DNA of 64,000 nucleotides from Defluviitaleaceae bacterium (GCA_009786925.1 WRGY01000125.1:21810-85809); one strand, 5' to 3'. Shown: positions 1-10,450, counted from the stretch's first letter. Program-made: numbers and translations. The notes: generated by a model not told the origin, from the letters alone.

Positions 1-16
1 AAGACTACACTGATAA

Positions 17-59
17 CATGAAAATATGGTAAAATAAGGGGGCGGCGTATGCTTAATGA
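17..59 (+). repeat. Direct repeat copy A (~42 nt; core TGAAAATrTGGTrAAATAArGGGGCGGCGTATG)
   Basis: Hand alignment with 399-440 gives about 37 of 42 identical positions. A degenerate third version (TGAAAATAGAGGGGGTGCGTCTGTG, 716-742) directly precedes the Rpn-family CDS, so the motif resembles an RBS/start region of that gene family. Confidence 0.6.
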
Positions 60-96
60 ATGATAATGTTCGCGTAGAAGAATGCCGCATTGGGTG

Positions 97-272
97 AATT
101 TTTTTGCATCTACGCGGAAAGTGTACGCTAGCAGATTTCCCTCTGGTGATGTTCTTGGATTGATAATCGTGCCTGCACGGAATCCAAATACGTTCATTGG
201 TAGCATGGAAATAACCATGACCAATGCTAAAAGTAATGCTGCTTCTACATTATTAAGGAAATACGTCCACAT
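97..272 (-). pseudogene. Truncated 5' fragment of a paralogue of the surface protein gene at 2157
   Basis: The minus strand reads MWTYFLNNVEAALLLALVMVISMLPMNVFGFRAGTIINPRTSPEGNLLAYTFRVDAKKF. This is colinear with ALLLALVMVMAMLPMNVFGAVRAGTVLNPQLSPQWGLQSFTFRIDAAAF of the 2157 gene. Similarity stops near nt 97, there is no convincing RBS, and the frame then runs into repeat copy A and off the window. Confidence 0.5.
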
Positions 273-398
273 TCCGATTGAAATTAAGAAGAAATATGTT
301 AGGATGGTTATCGTATACTGTCGACGTTCGTAGGAGCGAGTTTTGTTCGAGTCCTCATGTTGTTACTCATTTTTCTTGATTTTCAATACGTCCTACAA

Positions 399-440
399 CC
401 TGAAAATGTGGTGAAATAAAGGGGCGGCGTATGTTTATGA
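399..440 (+). repeat. Direct repeat copy B of the 17-59 motif
   Basis: CCTGAAAATGTGGTGAAATAAAGGGGCGGCGTATGTTTATGA matches about 37 of 42 positions of copy A. It runs straight into dispersed repeat R1. Confidence 0.6.
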
Positions 441-462
441 GCGGTTATGACCAAAACATCTA
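439..462 (+). repeat. Dispersed repeat family R, copy R1 (GAGCGGTTATGACCAAAACATCTA)
   Basis: This 24-nt string is identical to 59751-59774. It also occurs in reverse orientation at 19937-19962 (1 mismatch) and split by a 27-nt insert at 5313-5363. Confidence 0.7.
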
Positions 463-739
463 AACTTACAATGAAAGGGCGTGACATTATGCTTTTGTAC
501 CATGGTGGAGAGTAAATTCTCAATACCTTGTGATAGAGATGCAGGTATCGAGCGCGTATATAGCAAATCACTATGGCAAAAAAATTTTTAGATGGATAAT
601 AGATAACGAGTCATGGCTACACACGATGGGTACAAATCTTTTCATTAAATACATCACAGAAGAGTTTGGCGCGTTGACCGAGATAGCTAAAAATGCTAAT
701 ATTCCAACATAAAAGAATGAAAATAGAGGGGGTGCGTCT

Positions 740-1582
740 GTGGCAAAACAGAGAGACACTATGTTCCGTCATCTATTCAAAATTCCCTCGCATTTTATCC
801 CGCTTTTAGAAAAATGCAGGGGTGAAAATGTGAATCTGACAGAAAATCAAATTACACTCTTCGACTTGGACACAGATTACGCCATACGCCCTCGCAGGAA
901 TGACATCTCATTTCTTGTTGATGGCAAAATTGTTATCTTGGTAGAGCATCAATCTACAATAAATCCAAACATGGCACTGCGTCTCTTCCTATATTATAAC
1001 GAGCTATTGCAACTATGGATAAAACAAAATAATATAAATCTATATGGCAACAAAAAAATAGAAAGCCTCCCCCTGCCTGAGTTTTATGTAGTCTATGATG
1101 GCAGGGAAAAGCTCAAGAACAACTATTCCACGCTCCGGATATGCCACAATAATATAGTAATCGATGTCAGTGTAAAAATAATCAATATCCACTATAATAG
1201 CCTGGAGGATACATCTCTCGGCAATCCACTGGCAGGATATGCGTATTTTCAAAAGGTATATGACGAAAATATAAAGCTCGGGTTATCAATGCAGGAGTCC
1301 TTTGAATTGGCAAGGCAAACATGTATAAAAAATGGGTATCTTACGGGGCATATCGAGAAGGAGGAGTTTATCATGTTTTACAAGGATTTTTTAAACTATG
1401 ACAATCAGGTAAAGGCAGAAGTGTGGGAAGAAGCACTTGCAGAAGGCAAGGCAGAAGGTGTCTTTGAGATAATATCTAACATGCTAAAACGCAACAAGTC
1501 TGTCGATGATATTGCTGATTTTACCGGTCTCACGAGAGAGTATATAATGGAAGCACAGCAAAAAGCGGCAGCACAATCCTAA
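740..1582 (+). CDS. Rpn family recombination-promoting nuclease / putative transposase (PD-(D/E)XK, YhgA-like)
   Basis: 280-aa ORF with the N-terminal DTMFRHLF motif and a core IVILVEHQSTINPNMALRLFLYY typical of the Transposase_31/Rpn family. The C-terminal AEGKAEGVFEIISNMLKRNKSVDDIADFTGLTREYI tail is DUF4351-like. Confidence 0.8.
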   Translation: MAKQRDTMFRHLFKIPSHFIPLLEKCRGENVNLTENQITLFDLDTDYAIRPRRNDISFLVDGKIVILVEHQSTINPNMALRLFLYYNELLQLWIKQNNINLYGNKKIESLPLPEFYVVYDGREKLKNNYSTLRICHNNIVIDVSVKIINIHYNSLEDTSLGNPLAGYAYFQKVYDENIKLGLSMQESFELARQTCIKNGYLTGHIEKEEFIMFYKDFLNYDNQVKAEVWEEALAEGKAEGVFEIISNMLKRNKSVDDIADFTGLTREYIMEAQQKAAAQS

Positions 1583-1589
1583 ATTCCTA

Positions 1590-1634
1590 AAAAATCCAAT
1601 CGGCTGTGGATTTCAGCCTGTTGGATTTTTTATT
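1590..1634 (+). terminator. Rho-independent terminator after the Rpn gene
   Basis: AAAAATCCAA (1590-1599) pairs with TTGGATTTTT (1621-1630), there is additional inner pairing, and a T-run follows. Confidence 0.6.
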
Positions 1635-2156
1635 ACATTCTTATAACAAGTAATAAATCCGGGATAAAAAAAAAGCGCAAACAAATACTACATACACAAA
1701 CCGCAAGGAAAAAAGAAAACACAATATTACAACTTTGTTACAAACTCAAAAAAATGGTTGAAATTGCTATCCTTCACATGATACTATCCCTTGCGGCTTT
1801 TCGGAAAAGTCTCGTTTTTGTCTGCAAAAGCATAGTTTGGTTACAATTTGCTTACACTATGCTTCATGGCATTGACTGTATTTTTTCGAAGTGCTATATT
1901 ACAATTCATTAGGCGGCAAAAAGGCCGTCACACTCAGAAAGGAGGTATCGGTTTTTGCGGGAAACGGCAAAGAAGAAAGCCAAAGTACCGTCGTTTCACC
2001 CACTGGGCTGTGGCCCTAATAAGCAAAACAAGCAAAACGGGCATAGCCCACAATGGCGCAAAGCTTCCGTGTAAACACGCGCCACACTACACGCGCGATA
2101 GGGAAGCGGCGCGAAGAAACGAAAAAATTATTTTTCAAAAACCGAAGGGAGAAATT

Positions 2157-5100
2157 ATGAAAAAGAAAGTAGCATTACTTTTAGCATTGGTTATGGTTAT
2201 GGCCATGTTACCAATGAACGTATTTGGTGCGGTAAGAGCAGGTACTGTTCTTAACCCACAACTTAGCCCACAATGGGGACTGCAATCATTCACATTCCGT
2301 ATTGATGCAGCAGCATTCTCAAACCTTAGCCCTGGTGTTATCCAGTTCGCTATGCTTGACTTCCAACTTAGCGGTGGAGCCAGCTCCAACGCAGTAGGTT
2401 TTGCAAGCCGTGCGGCACTTAACATCAACTTCACCGCAGGCCCTGGTTTTAGAGTAAACAATGACGTTAGTCAAAACGCAGCGTTCTTGGCAAGCCTGAA
2501 TGCAGCATCAACAGCAGGTAGCGGCAACCGCGAATTCTTTGACTACACTGAAACACTAGCTTATGAAAACTGGCTAGATGTAAATTCAGGACGCACACCA
2601 CGTCACCTAAACGTACTTGGTCAATCTGACACAGGCGTATGGGGTGGACTCCTCGGCGGTAGCTACGATGCCGCAGCAGGAACAGTAACAGCTATCCCTG
2701 CCACCGGCGTAAGGTATAGCGCAACCAGACTTATGGTTGACTTGCTCGGTGGAGACCCTGCTCGTCTTAACAACACAGTAGAAGGTTTCATCGACGTGCA
2801 AATCGACAGCATCCGTCCTGATGCAGCAGATGCTACCATGGCAATCTACCTGCGTACAGGCGGTAACAACATCATGCACGTACCTGTACAACTTGCTAAC
2901 GTGCCTCTGGTAGGCGACTGGGGCAATGGCGTAGTCATCAGCTCTAGAAGCGTAGTGCCAATGGCAGGTATTGCACAACTTTCAGGTATCAGAATCACAG
3001 AAGCTATCCCAGGTCGTCTTATGACCAACGATGCTACTGTAGCTGGTAACTTTGATGTTCGTCTTGTAGCTCCTCGCGGTTTTGTATGGGATACAGGTGC
3101 ACTCGTGGGTATTGTTCCTCGTGCGCTCGAAGTAGAGCTAAACAGCGCGATAGGCACACCAAGTAATCCAACAATTTCACTTATTACCCTTCCCGGAAAT
3201 GCTGCTAACCCACATCTCAACCCATCTACAGATAGAAGCGAACTATATCTCCGTATTAGTCATGCAGGTAGAGGTGGAAGCTTCGTAAACAGAACAACCA
3301 CTGCAGAATTTACAATTACAGGTCTTACACTTATTCCTGTAAGAGGCGCAGCAAGTTCTGGTAATGTTGCAATCGACGCATTTATCGGTTCTGGTCCCGC
3401 AAATAGCAGCATGAGCCCACCAGCAGGATTTAATGCTGATCAAATGCGTGCCACAGACAATATCGTAGGAACAACAGGTAGCTGGGGTCGTGGATTCCTT
3501 ATGCCACACCTTGTAACATCAACATCTGCTACGCCAATCCCAACATTCACAGACCACATGGGTTCTTTCTGGTCTGAGCATAACAGCGGCGGTAGCAACT
3601 GGAGAAACCTCGGTCTTGTAGTTGCATCACTCGATGCTACAAACGACATCGAAGTAGTAGGCCCTACAGCTCCTGCTAACGTAATCTCTGGTAGACTCAC
3701 AAACGGCGAACTCACAAACTCTTTCTTCGGACCTGGCTTTGGTGTTCGTGGTAATGCATTCAGCAATATCAATATCGCAGGCAACCCACGTTGGCTGCAT
3801 GGCAGTAGCCACACCATCAGACTCCAAGAAGTAACACCAGGTACACTCTTCCGCAACTTCGATACCTTCGAACTCCGTCCTGTACAAGAAGGCGTTCGTA
3901 TCGTAGATGCAAGAGCACAAGCTGGTCGTGAAGGCGCAGTTGACACAAACTTCGCATGGAGAGGTTTTGAAAACGACGCAAGCTTCATCGGAGCTATCAC
4001 AGATTTCACAGGTGAGAGCCTCATCTTTGCACCAAGAACAATCGACGCAGAATCTCAATCTCGTCTACGTCGTATGGACATCGGCCTCCTTCTTAGTATC
4101 GAAGCAGGATTCGAAGCAAAATATGGCGAAGCAGTAGAAATCGAAGTATTCCGCAACGGCGTTTCTATCGGTATAGCTCATGTTGCTAACGCATCTGACC
4201 TCATCCGTGTAGTACCCGGTCCAGAAACAGTAATCACACGTAACGCATTTGACGTACTCGCTCTCACACAAGTGTCTAGCTTCTCTATCGAAGAAACAGA
4301 AGCAGGTGCTTTCCGTAGCGGTGACACATTCCGCATTGGCCTACGCGCTATCCAAAATGGCCGTGAAGTAAATGCAGGAAACCTCACAGGTATGGGTACA
4401 ATGGCTCTTACACTCGGCTTAGTTGAATTCAACGAAGCTGAAAGCGGCATAGTAGTAGAAGCAGTACGCGGACAAGACAACACCTTCCGTGTAGTAAGAG
4501 GCTCTTATGATGTACCTGGTGTAATTGAATTCCAAGATGTATATCTTGCAGGTCCTTCTGTACCAGGTCTCGAATGGCATGTAGTAGTTTTCGGTCCCGA
4601 AATCTCTGCAAACCATGAAGAAATCATTCTTCCTCCGGTAGCATCAGAACTCAACAATCCTGCTGCTCCAACTGGACAAGAAGCATCTCCAGTAGGCTAC
4701 CGCTCTGTATGGGAACAACGCGCAATCTTCTACACCATGCCATTCCATGCGCAAGTTCTTGACGTACGTGGTACACCTGTAATCGGAAGCCCAGGCTATG
4801 CCGGTGGCGCAGCTGGTCCAGGTGGCACAGTAACAACATCCTTCACGCTCGCAACACGCGACATCGAAGGACATCCTGCACTTCACTTTGAGCGTATCGG
4901 CGCATTCAACGTTTCTATGTTTGGTGCTCGTATGTTTGCAGACTTCATTGGAGCAGCTATCGACTTTGAAGGCGCAGGCGTTGGCCAAACAGTTACCCTT
5001 ACAGGCAACCACGCAGCAACAGGCGCAGCTGTAGAAGTAGTTCTTACAGTAGGTAGCAACATGGCTCGCGTAAACGGTAACAACGTAGACATCGCTTATG

Positions 5101-5249
5101 GCTCTAACCAACCTGCTCTCCAAAACCAAATCTCTCCTGTTAACGTAGGCGGAAGAGTATTTGTACCCGGTCGTTTCCTTGCAAATGCTTTCGGCGTTGC
5201 AATTGACTTCCAAGGCGCAGGCGACAACATGACAGTAATCCTCGGCTAG
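2157..5249 (+). CDS. Large secreted cell-surface (S-layer-like) protein with C-terminal copper amine oxidase N-terminal-like repeats
   Basis: I place the start at ATG 2157, behind AAGGGAGA and in frame with the 1848 track ORF. The signal peptide is MKKKVALLLALVMVMAMLPMNVFGA. The body is Ala/Gly/Thr/Asn-rich. The tail (GARMFADFIGAAIDFEG..., GRVFVPGRFLANAFGVAIDFQG) matches the Cu_amine_oxidN1 'stalk' pattern also seen at the end of the 44083 protein. Confidence 0.75.
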   Translation: MKKKVALLLALVMVMAMLPMNVFGAVRAGTVLNPQLSPQWGLQSFTFRIDAAAFSNLSPGVIQFAMLDFQLSGGASSNAVGFASRAALNINFTAGPGFRVNNDVSQNAAFLASLNAASTAGSGNREFFDYTETLAYENWLDVNSGRTPRHLNVLGQSDTGVWGGLLGGSYDAAAGTVTAIPATGVRYSATRLMVDLLGGDPARLNNTVEGFIDVQIDSIRPDAADATMAIYLRTGGNNIMHVPVQLANVPLVGDWGNGVVISSRSVVPMAGIAQLSGIRITEAIPGRLMTNDATVAGNFDVRLVAPRGFVWDTGALVGIVPRALEVELNSAIGTPSNPTISLITLPGNAANPHLNPSTDRSELYLRISHAGRGGSFVNRTTTAEFTITGLTLIPVRGAASSGNVAIDAFIGSGPANSSMSPPAGFNADQMRATDNIVGTTGSWGRGFLMPHLVTSTSATPIPTFTDHMGSFWSEHNSGGSNWRNLGLVVASLDATNDIEVVGPTAPANVISGRLTNGELTNSFFGPGFGVRGNAFSNINIAGNPRWLHGSSHTIRLQEVTPGTLFRNFDTFELRPVQEGVRIVDARAQAGREGAVDTNFAWRGFENDASFIGAITDFTGESLIFAPRTIDAESQSRLRRMDIGLLLSIEAGFEAKYGEAVEIEVFRNGVSIGIAHVANASDLIRVVPGPETVITRNAFDVLALTQVSSFSIEETEAGAFRSGDTFRIGLRAIQNGREVNAGNLTGMGTMALTLGLVEFNEAESGIVVEAVRGQDNTFRVVRGSYDVPGVIEFQDVYLAGPSVPGLEWHVVVFGPEISANHEEIILPPVASELNNPAAPTGQEASPVGYRSVWEQRAIFYTMPFHAQVLDVRGTPVIGSPGYAGGAAGPGGTVTTSFTLATRDIEGHPALHFERIGAFNVSMFGARMFADFIGAAIDFEGAGVGQTVTLTGNHAATGAAVEVVLTVGSNMARVNGNNVDIAYGSNQPALQNQISPVNVGGRVFVPGRFLANAFGVAIDFQGAGDNMTVILG

Positions 5250-5270
5250 TATCTAGCCTTAAAGCAAGAC

Positions 5271-5306
5271 AAAAAGCTCCGAGCCTCGGCTCGGAGCTTT
5301 TTTGTA
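5271..5306 (+). terminator. Rho-independent terminator of the surface protein gene
   Basis: AGCTCCGAGCC / GGCTCGGAGCT forms a perfect inverted repeat followed by TTTTTT. Confidence 0.85.
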
Positions 5307-5312
5307 TTCGTC

Positions 5313-5363
5313 GTAGATGTTTTGGTCTGAACGCGATTCGGCCACTCTCTTCTAAACCGCTCA
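5313..5363 (-). repeat. Dispersed repeat family R, copy R2 (interrupted)
   Basis: GTAGATGTTTTGGTC (5313-5327) and AACCGCTCA (5355-5363) are the two halves of the R unit, separated by a 27-nt insert. Confidence 0.55.
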
Positions 5364-5436
5364 TTTGCCCCATGTACAAATATTTGGTATAATATAACGA
5401 ATTGATTACAAAAATTTTAAAAACAGGAGAGCATAA

Positions 5437-7905
5437 ATGAGTGAAGTGAACACAAGAATAAAGGGTATAGATATAACCGACGAAATGCAAAAGTCATATC
5501 TCGACTATGCAATGAGTGTAATTGTAGCACGCGCTTTGCCTGACGTGAGGGATGGGCTAAAACCTGTCCATCGCCGTATTTTGTATGCCATGAGCGAGCT
5601 TAACCTTGCGCCAAATTCTGCATACAAAAAATCTGCTCGTATCGTGGGTGACACTATGGGTAAGTACCATCCTCATGGTGATTCTTCTATTTATGATGCT
5701 ATGGTGCGTATGGCGCAGGAGTTTTCTATGCGGTATGTGCTGGTGGATGGACATGGTAACTTTGGCTCTATGGATGGTGATGCGGCGGCGGCACATAGGT
5801 ATACTGAGGCACGACTTTCGCGGCTTTCTATGGAAATGCTTACGGATATTGAAAAAGAAACAGTAGACTTCGCGCCAAACTACGATGAGCAGTTTGATGA
5901 GCCTACGGTGTTGCCGGCGCGTTTTCCAAATTTGTTGGTAAATGGCTCTTCGGGTATTGCAGTTGGTATGTCTACAAATATACCGCCGCATAATTTGACT
6001 GACGTAATCACTGCCATACTTTATAGGATAAATCATATGCGTGAGGGTGTAGAGACCCCGCTAAAAGACCTGATTGATATAGTAAAAGCACCCGACTACC
6101 CTACAGGTGGGGCAATACTGGGCACCGCAAGTATCCGCGAAGCATATGAAACAGGACGTGGAAAAGTAATCTTGCGAGCTGATGCGACCATAGAGCCGTT
6201 GCCAGGTCAAAGCGGACGTGAACAAATCCGTGTGACAGCTATTCCGTATCAGGTAAATAAGGCCAATCTTGTCAAAAAGATGGCAGACCTTGTAAAAGAC
6301 AAAAAAATAGACGGAATCACCGACATCCGCGATGAATCCAACCGAAACGGTGTCCGTATAGTAATAGAATTGCGCAAAGATGCAAACGCAAATGTAGTCC
6401 TTAATCAACTGTATAAGCTTTCTCCTTTGCAAGAGAGCCACGGCATAATCATGCTCGCTCTTGTAAAAAATGAGCCGAAAATTCTAAATCTCGGCGAAAT
6501 GGTCGAGTATTATATCGAACACCAAAAAGAAGTAATAACCAGGCGTACGCGGTTTGACCTAGCTAAGGCAGAACGTCGCGCCCATATAGTTGAAGGGTTG
6601 TTAAAAGCACTCGACCATGTAGATGACATCATCGCACTCCTACGTTCTCATCAGGATGAGGCCGAAGTAACCCCAATTATGATGGAGCGATACGGTCTGT
6701 CAGAAATCCAAGTAAAAGCCATATTAGACCTGCGCTGGCGCACATTGTTAAAGCTTGCACGCGAAAAATTGGAGGACGAGTATCGTGACCTCCAAGCCCT
6801 AATCGCCGAGCTAAACAGAATCCTGTCCGATGAAAACTACCTTCTCCAAGTCCTGACAGATGAGTTGACCCGCATAAAAGATAAATATGGCGACTCGCGT
6901 CGTACAGCCATAGTCCATGATTATGGTGATATAAATATGGAGGATTTGATTGACGAAGCCCAGAGTGTAATCACGCTTTCTCAACTGGGCTATATCAAGC
7001 GTATACCTCTTGATGCATACCGTAGCCAAGGCAGAGGCGGCAGGGGTGTAATCGGAATGCAAACCCGCGAGGAGGACTGGGTCACAGACCTTTTTGTGGC
7101 TAATACGCACGATAATGTGTTGTTCTTTACTACACGCGGGCGGGCGTTTAGCTTGCGCGCCTTCGAAATCCCCGAGGCAGGCCGCCAGGCCAAGGGAATG
7201 CCCCTTGTTAACCTGCTCAACCTAGCAGGTGAAGAAAAAATAGCCGCCATGATTCCCGTAACCAAAAACGATTGGGAAGGATTCCTAATTATGGTGACAC
7301 GCAAGGGTCTGGTTAAGCGTTCTTTGTTGGAGCTGTATTCGCGCATAAACAGGGCGGGTCTAAACGCCATCACATTTAAAGAGGATGATACCCTCATCGA
7401 GGTATTGCGCTCCGATGGCGACAGAGAACTCTTCCTTGCTACAAAAGAAGGTCGTGGCATCCGTTTCCATGAGTCACAGGCGCGTGCCGTAGGTCGTACA
7501 GCAATGGGTGTGCGCGGTATGAAGCTGCGCGAAAATGACGAAATCATAGGCTCAACAGTGGCTGATGGACAAGTCCTGCTCGTCGCCGCAAACGGATACG
7601 GCAAAGTAACTCCTGTGGAAGCCTTCCGAGGCCAAAACAGAGGCGGATTTGGCGTGATTATTTATAAAACAACAGAAAAAGCCGGCGACCTCGTAGGCAT
7701 AGAGGCCGTACAAGAAAACGATGGGCTTATGTTAATCAACTCCGAAGGTGTAGTAATCCGCATACGCATAGCCGATATATCCGTACAAGGCCGCTACGCC
7801 TCGGGCGTAAAACTTATCAACATGGCAGACGAGAGTACGGTGGTGTCCATTGCAAAGATTCCGGATGATGATGACAATGGTGAAGAAGAGGATGTTAACC
7901 CCTAA
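5437..7905 (+). CDS. gyrA: DNA gyrase subunit A
   Basis: 822 aa. It has [42 protein letters not shown] (catalytic Tyr region), C-terminal beta-pinwheel repeats and an acidic tail. Confidence 0.97.
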   Translation: MSEVNTRIKGIDITDEMQKSYLDYAMSVIVARALPDVRDGLKPVHRRILYAMSELNLAPNSAYKKSARIVGDTMGKYHPHGDSSIYDAMVRMAQEFSMRYVLVDGHGNFGSMDGDAAAAHRYTEARLSRLSMEMLTDIEKETVDFAPNYDEQFDEPTVLPARFPNLLVNGSSGIAVGMSTNIPPHNLTDVITAILYRINHMREGVETPLKDLIDIVKAPDYPTGGAILGTASIREAYETGRGKVILRADATIEPLPGQSGREQIRVTAIPYQVNKANLVKKMADLVKDKKIDGITDIRDESNRNGVRIVIELRKDANANVVLNQLYKLSPLQESHGIIMLALVKNEPKILNLGEMVEYYIEHQKEVITRRTRFDLAKAERRAHIVEGLLKALDHVDDIIALLRSHQDEAEVTPIMMERYGLSEIQVKAILDLRWRTLLKLAREKLEDEYRDLQALIAELNRILSDENYLLQVLTDELTRIKDKYGDSRRTAIVHDYGDINMEDLIDEAQSVITLSQLGYIKRIPLDAYRSQGRGGRGVIGMQTREEDWVTDLFVANTHDNVLFFTTRGRAFSLRAFEIPEAGRQAKGMPLVNLLNLAGEEKIAAMIPVTKNDWEGFLIMVTRKGLVKRSLLELYSRINRAGLNAITFKEDDTLIEVLRSDGDRELFLATKEGRGIRFHESQARAVGRTAMGVRGMKLRENDEIIGSTVADGQVLLVAANGYGKVTPVEAFRGQNRGGFGVIIYKTTEKAGDLVGIEAVQENDGLMLINSEGVVIRIRIADISVQGRYASGVKLINMADESTVVSIAKIPDDDDNGEEEDVNP

Positions 7906-8950
7906 GATTGTTTCTCATCAGTATCATGTCATGGAAGGCTTCCAGCCGTGTTTTTATGCCTGTTTCGCTTGTCTGGGTATCGAATGTAAGATATAGGATT
8001 GGGATTTTGCAATCGTGACTTATGTTTTGCAGTATTGACATTGCGTCTATTTCCGGCATACAGCCAAATGATTTTACATGGATGAGTCCATCATAATTGT
8101 GCCGCGCAAAACTTAGCGCGGCGTTTATTGTGTCTACGCCTGTCGCGCCTATATCGTATTTTACATAGTGCTGTACACGCTTTAACAGCTTTGGGACATC
8201 GTGGTGGAATACTGTGGTAGAGGCATTTAGGTTGCGGGTTACATAGATTTGCATCTGTGCCAGTTCTTTTTCTAAAAAATGATTGGCAAAGGGTTCCATC
8301 ACTGTATAAAATTCGCCGATTATGCCTACTTTCAGCAGATTTTTTGGTAGATTTATTTTTACGCTTTTTATTTCTTTGTGATAATGGTGGTAGAGGCGTT
8401 TTAGCTCTTTTTTGTTGTTTACCTGAGAAGCGTCAGTCAGATAGGCTTTGTATAGGCGGTCGTATTCGCCCTTTGTCTCAAAGCCTATGTTTTTACGGAT
8501 ATGCTTTTCCAGCTCGTCCATCTGCTTTACCATGGTGTAGGTGGTGGGTAGGGTGTTTGCCAGAGTTTCGAGTGAAAGATTTTCGTTATATGTTTTAAAA
8601 ACATCCCACACGGATTTTGGATTGCGAATGCGTAGCCCCGCAAGGTTGATAAAGTCGAAATCGTAGCCGAGGTCACGTAGGATTTGCTCGTGGAGTTCGC
8701 CATAATAACCGAGGCGGCATAGCCCACCAAACTGGATTAATGTATCTGCTCCTTGTTCCAAGGCTTCCAGATAGTTGCCGAGGTTGAATTTGAAAGGAGC
8801 GCACACAAAATCGGGGCTGTGCATCGCACCGAGTTCCATTGTCTTTTTTGTGATGGCCGGCGGTATGATTACCTCTGCATCAAATACTCGACTAAAAAAA
8901 TATCGGAAGGGAACGTCGTAATTGCCCATTCTGGGAAAACTAATTTTCAA
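7895..8950 (-). CDS. 2-hydroxyacyl-CoA dehydratase/activase-associated family protein (DUF2229-like), second subunit
   Basis: 351 aa. Its start overlaps the upstream partner's stop by 11 nt. The [10 protein letters not shown] segment and overall pattern resemble the non-ATPase part of CoA-substrate-specific enzyme activase proteins. Recognised by eye only. Confidence 0.5.
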   Translation of the reverse strand: MKISFPRMGNYDVPFRYFFSRVFDAEVIIPPAITKKTMELGAMHSPDFVCAPFKFNLGNYLEALEQGADTLIQFGGLCRLGYYGELHEQILRDLGYDFDFINLAGLRIRNPKSVWDVFKTYNENLSLETLANTLPTTYTMVKQMDELEKHIRKNIGFETKGEYDRLYKAYLTDASQVNNKKELKRLYHHYHKEIKSVKINLPKNLLKVGIIGEFYTVMEPFANHFLEKELAQMQIYVTRNLNASTTVFHHDVPKLLKRVQHYVKYDIGATGVDTINAALSFARHNYDGLIHVKSFGCMPEIDAMSILQNISHDCKIPILYLTFDTQTSETGIKTRLEAFHDMILMRNNLRG

Positions 8951-9857
8951 CGGTGTATCCCCCCATCATATCTACAAAGCTCTCCAGTCGGGTTTCCATA
9001 CCCGCTAATCCTTCTTGTTCGTCTACGAGTAGGCTTATGATAGGCTTATCTTTTATTTTTCGTATGATTACTTCGTTTACGAGGGAATCGGGGCCGCAAG
9101 GGAAGGCCGTGAGCAGGATGATTCCGTCAACTTGTTCTTTGTATAGCGAGATTGCGCCAAGGAGTTCTTGGTTATAGTTCCATTGCAGTGTTGGGCTGAT
9201 TTCGCGGGCGCGTTGGACGGCGGTGTCGCGTTCGACGATTTCTGCGATGATGGGTGTCGCGCCATAGGAAATAAGACGCTCTATGATTGGGCGGCCGATG
9301 TATGGGTCGTTTATATTATACGAATGCGATACGATTAGAATTTTTGGGTGACTGCCGTGAGAAAGTAGCTTGTTTTGTTCTTCCAGTCGGCGTTCGTTCA
9401 TCATTTTTTCGGCTTGTTTCGCCATAAAATATGCGCGCAATATACTAAAGCGGCGTTTTTTTAGCCTTCGCCCCATACTAAGGAAGGCCAAAAACTCGTT
9501 TTTGTTTTGCTTGTAGTCTATATTGTAGTCCAAAATGCTGATGTCTCGCGCACGGAAGGTGTTTTTTACTACATCATATGCCGACCAGAGTTTGCTGCAT
9601 ACGATTTGGTCGCGTGAGTATGTCGCTACACGCGGCACGAGGATGTAGTTGCATTTGCCAATCAACCACTCCACATGACCGAGATATATTTTTGACGAGA
9701 GACAACTCTCGTCTATAGAAAAAGTCGCTCCTGTTTTTATTATCTGTCGGTTTGTGTCGGGGCTGACAAGCACCGTACAACCCAGCTCCTCAAAGAATGT
9801 CTCCCAGAGCCAGCGATAGCGGTAGTATAAGAAAGCTTTTGGTATGCCGATTGTCAT
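8940..9857 (-). CDS. 2-hydroxyacyl-CoA dehydratase/activase-associated family protein (DUF2229-like), first subunit
   Basis: 305 aa. The N-terminus MTIGIPKAFLYYRYRWLWETFFEELG and LLTAFPCGPDS are typical of this family as I recall it. It is co-oriented and overlapping with 7895-8950. Confidence 0.5.
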   Translation of the reverse strand: MTIGIPKAFLYYRYRWLWETFFEELGCTVLVSPDTNRQIIKTGATFSIDESCLSSKIYLGHVEWLIGKCNYILVPRVATYSRDQIVCSKLWSAYDVVKNTFRARDISILDYNIDYKQNKNEFLAFLSMGRRLKKRRFSILRAYFMAKQAEKMMNERRLEEQNKLLSHGSHPKILIVSHSYNINDPYIGRPIIERLISYGATPIIAEIVERDTAVQRAREISPTLQWNYNQELLGAISLYKEQVDGIILLTAFPCGPDSLVNEVIIRKIKDKPIISLLVDEQEGLAGMETRLESFVDMMGGYTVEN

Positions 9858-9871
9858 AGTTAATTTACTAC

Positions 9872-10450
9872 TTACTCTGCTAATTGGTCTACGTTATCGA
9901 CATCCAATAAAAGACAAAGCAATCTCTTGATGCAACTATGCTCAGGACTAGCAGCAAGTCTGCAATCGCCGCAATTTAGATTGTTGCATCCGCCACATTC
10001 TCCTGTTTTTAACGTATAGTCAGAAGCAATAACGGAGCATATGGGTATGTAACGTGCAATTTGAACTCCTTTAATAAGTGCTTTAAACACAGATGCATTC
10101 TTAAAATCTTGACTGTCGAAAACAACAGCAATATTTGCTCCTTGATTCATGCTACTGTGCTTATCTTTTATTTTATTAATCACATATCTGTTAAACCTAG
10201 AAGTTATTTCTACGAAATCGCCAGACTCATCGATTTGAGAAATAGCATTATACACTTCATATTCGGGGGTTGGTATGTTATAAACTTTAAAAATAGAGTC
10301 ATCCACAGAGCATATTTCTCTCGCCTTATCAAGCTTTAACTCAATTTGCTCCTCATAAGATTGTTTGCCTAAAAAAACAATTAACCATGTATAAGGATTG
10401 AGTGTTAACTCTTCCGGTTGGTGGTATTCTCCATAGTTATTAAATATCAT
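9872..10450 (-). CDS. Cys-rich 192-aa protein of unknown family, partner of the AAA_21 ATPase
   Basis: ATG 10450 sits behind AGGTGA and 11 nt inside the ATPase 3' end. The C-terminal cluster is CGGC-x4-CGDC plus two more Cys. IAVVFDSQDF and WLIVFLGKQSYEE are faintly RloB/Toprim-like but lack the canonical Glu. Confidence 0.6.
   Translation of the reverse strand: MIFNNYGEYHQPEELTLNPYTWLIVFLGKQSYEEQIELKLDKAREICSVDDSIFKVYNIPTPEYEVYNAISQIDESGDFVEITSRFNRYVINKIKDKHSSMNQGANIAVVFDSQDFKNASVFKALIKGVQIARYIPICSVIASDYTLKTGECGGCNNLNCGDCRLAASPEHSCIKRLLCLLLDVDNVDQLAE

Noticed and set aside
82-333. 83-aa plus-strand ORF at the window start.
   Set aside because: It is the antisense shadow of the truncated surface-protein fragment. 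Its NTFIGSMEITMTNAKSNA mirrors the antisense ORF 2135-2461 over the real signal peptide.
1848-2156. N-terminal 103-codon extension of the surface protein ORF (track start 1848).
   Set aside because: The extension is Arg/Lys-rich and low in complexity and has no RBS. A canonical signal peptide with an AAGGGAGA RBS begins at ATG 2157.
1900-2156. Possible c-di-GMP (GEMM-I) riboswitch ahead of the surface protein gene, considered because two GGDEF genes are in the window.
   Set aside because: The conserved GGCAAAC...GGGACGCAAAGCC core is not present. Only loose purine-rich similarity (ACGGCAAAGAAGAAAGCC) was seen.
2135-5213. Multiple long minus-strand ORFs inside the surface protein gene (for example 3440-4024 and 4644-5213).
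   Set aside because: They are nested entirely in a well-supported plus-strand CDS. They have low-complexity or Cys-rich odd composition and no RBS, which is typical of shadow ORFs.
9872-10450. Assigning the ATPase partner outright to the RloB/Toprim or DUF4435 (AriB) family.
   Set aside because: Only one motif (VVFDSQDF) fits. The expected (I/V)xxEGxxxE glutamate is replaced (IVFLGKQSYEE), and the C-terminal Cys cluster is not typical. It is therefore kept as a hypothesis to test rather than a call.
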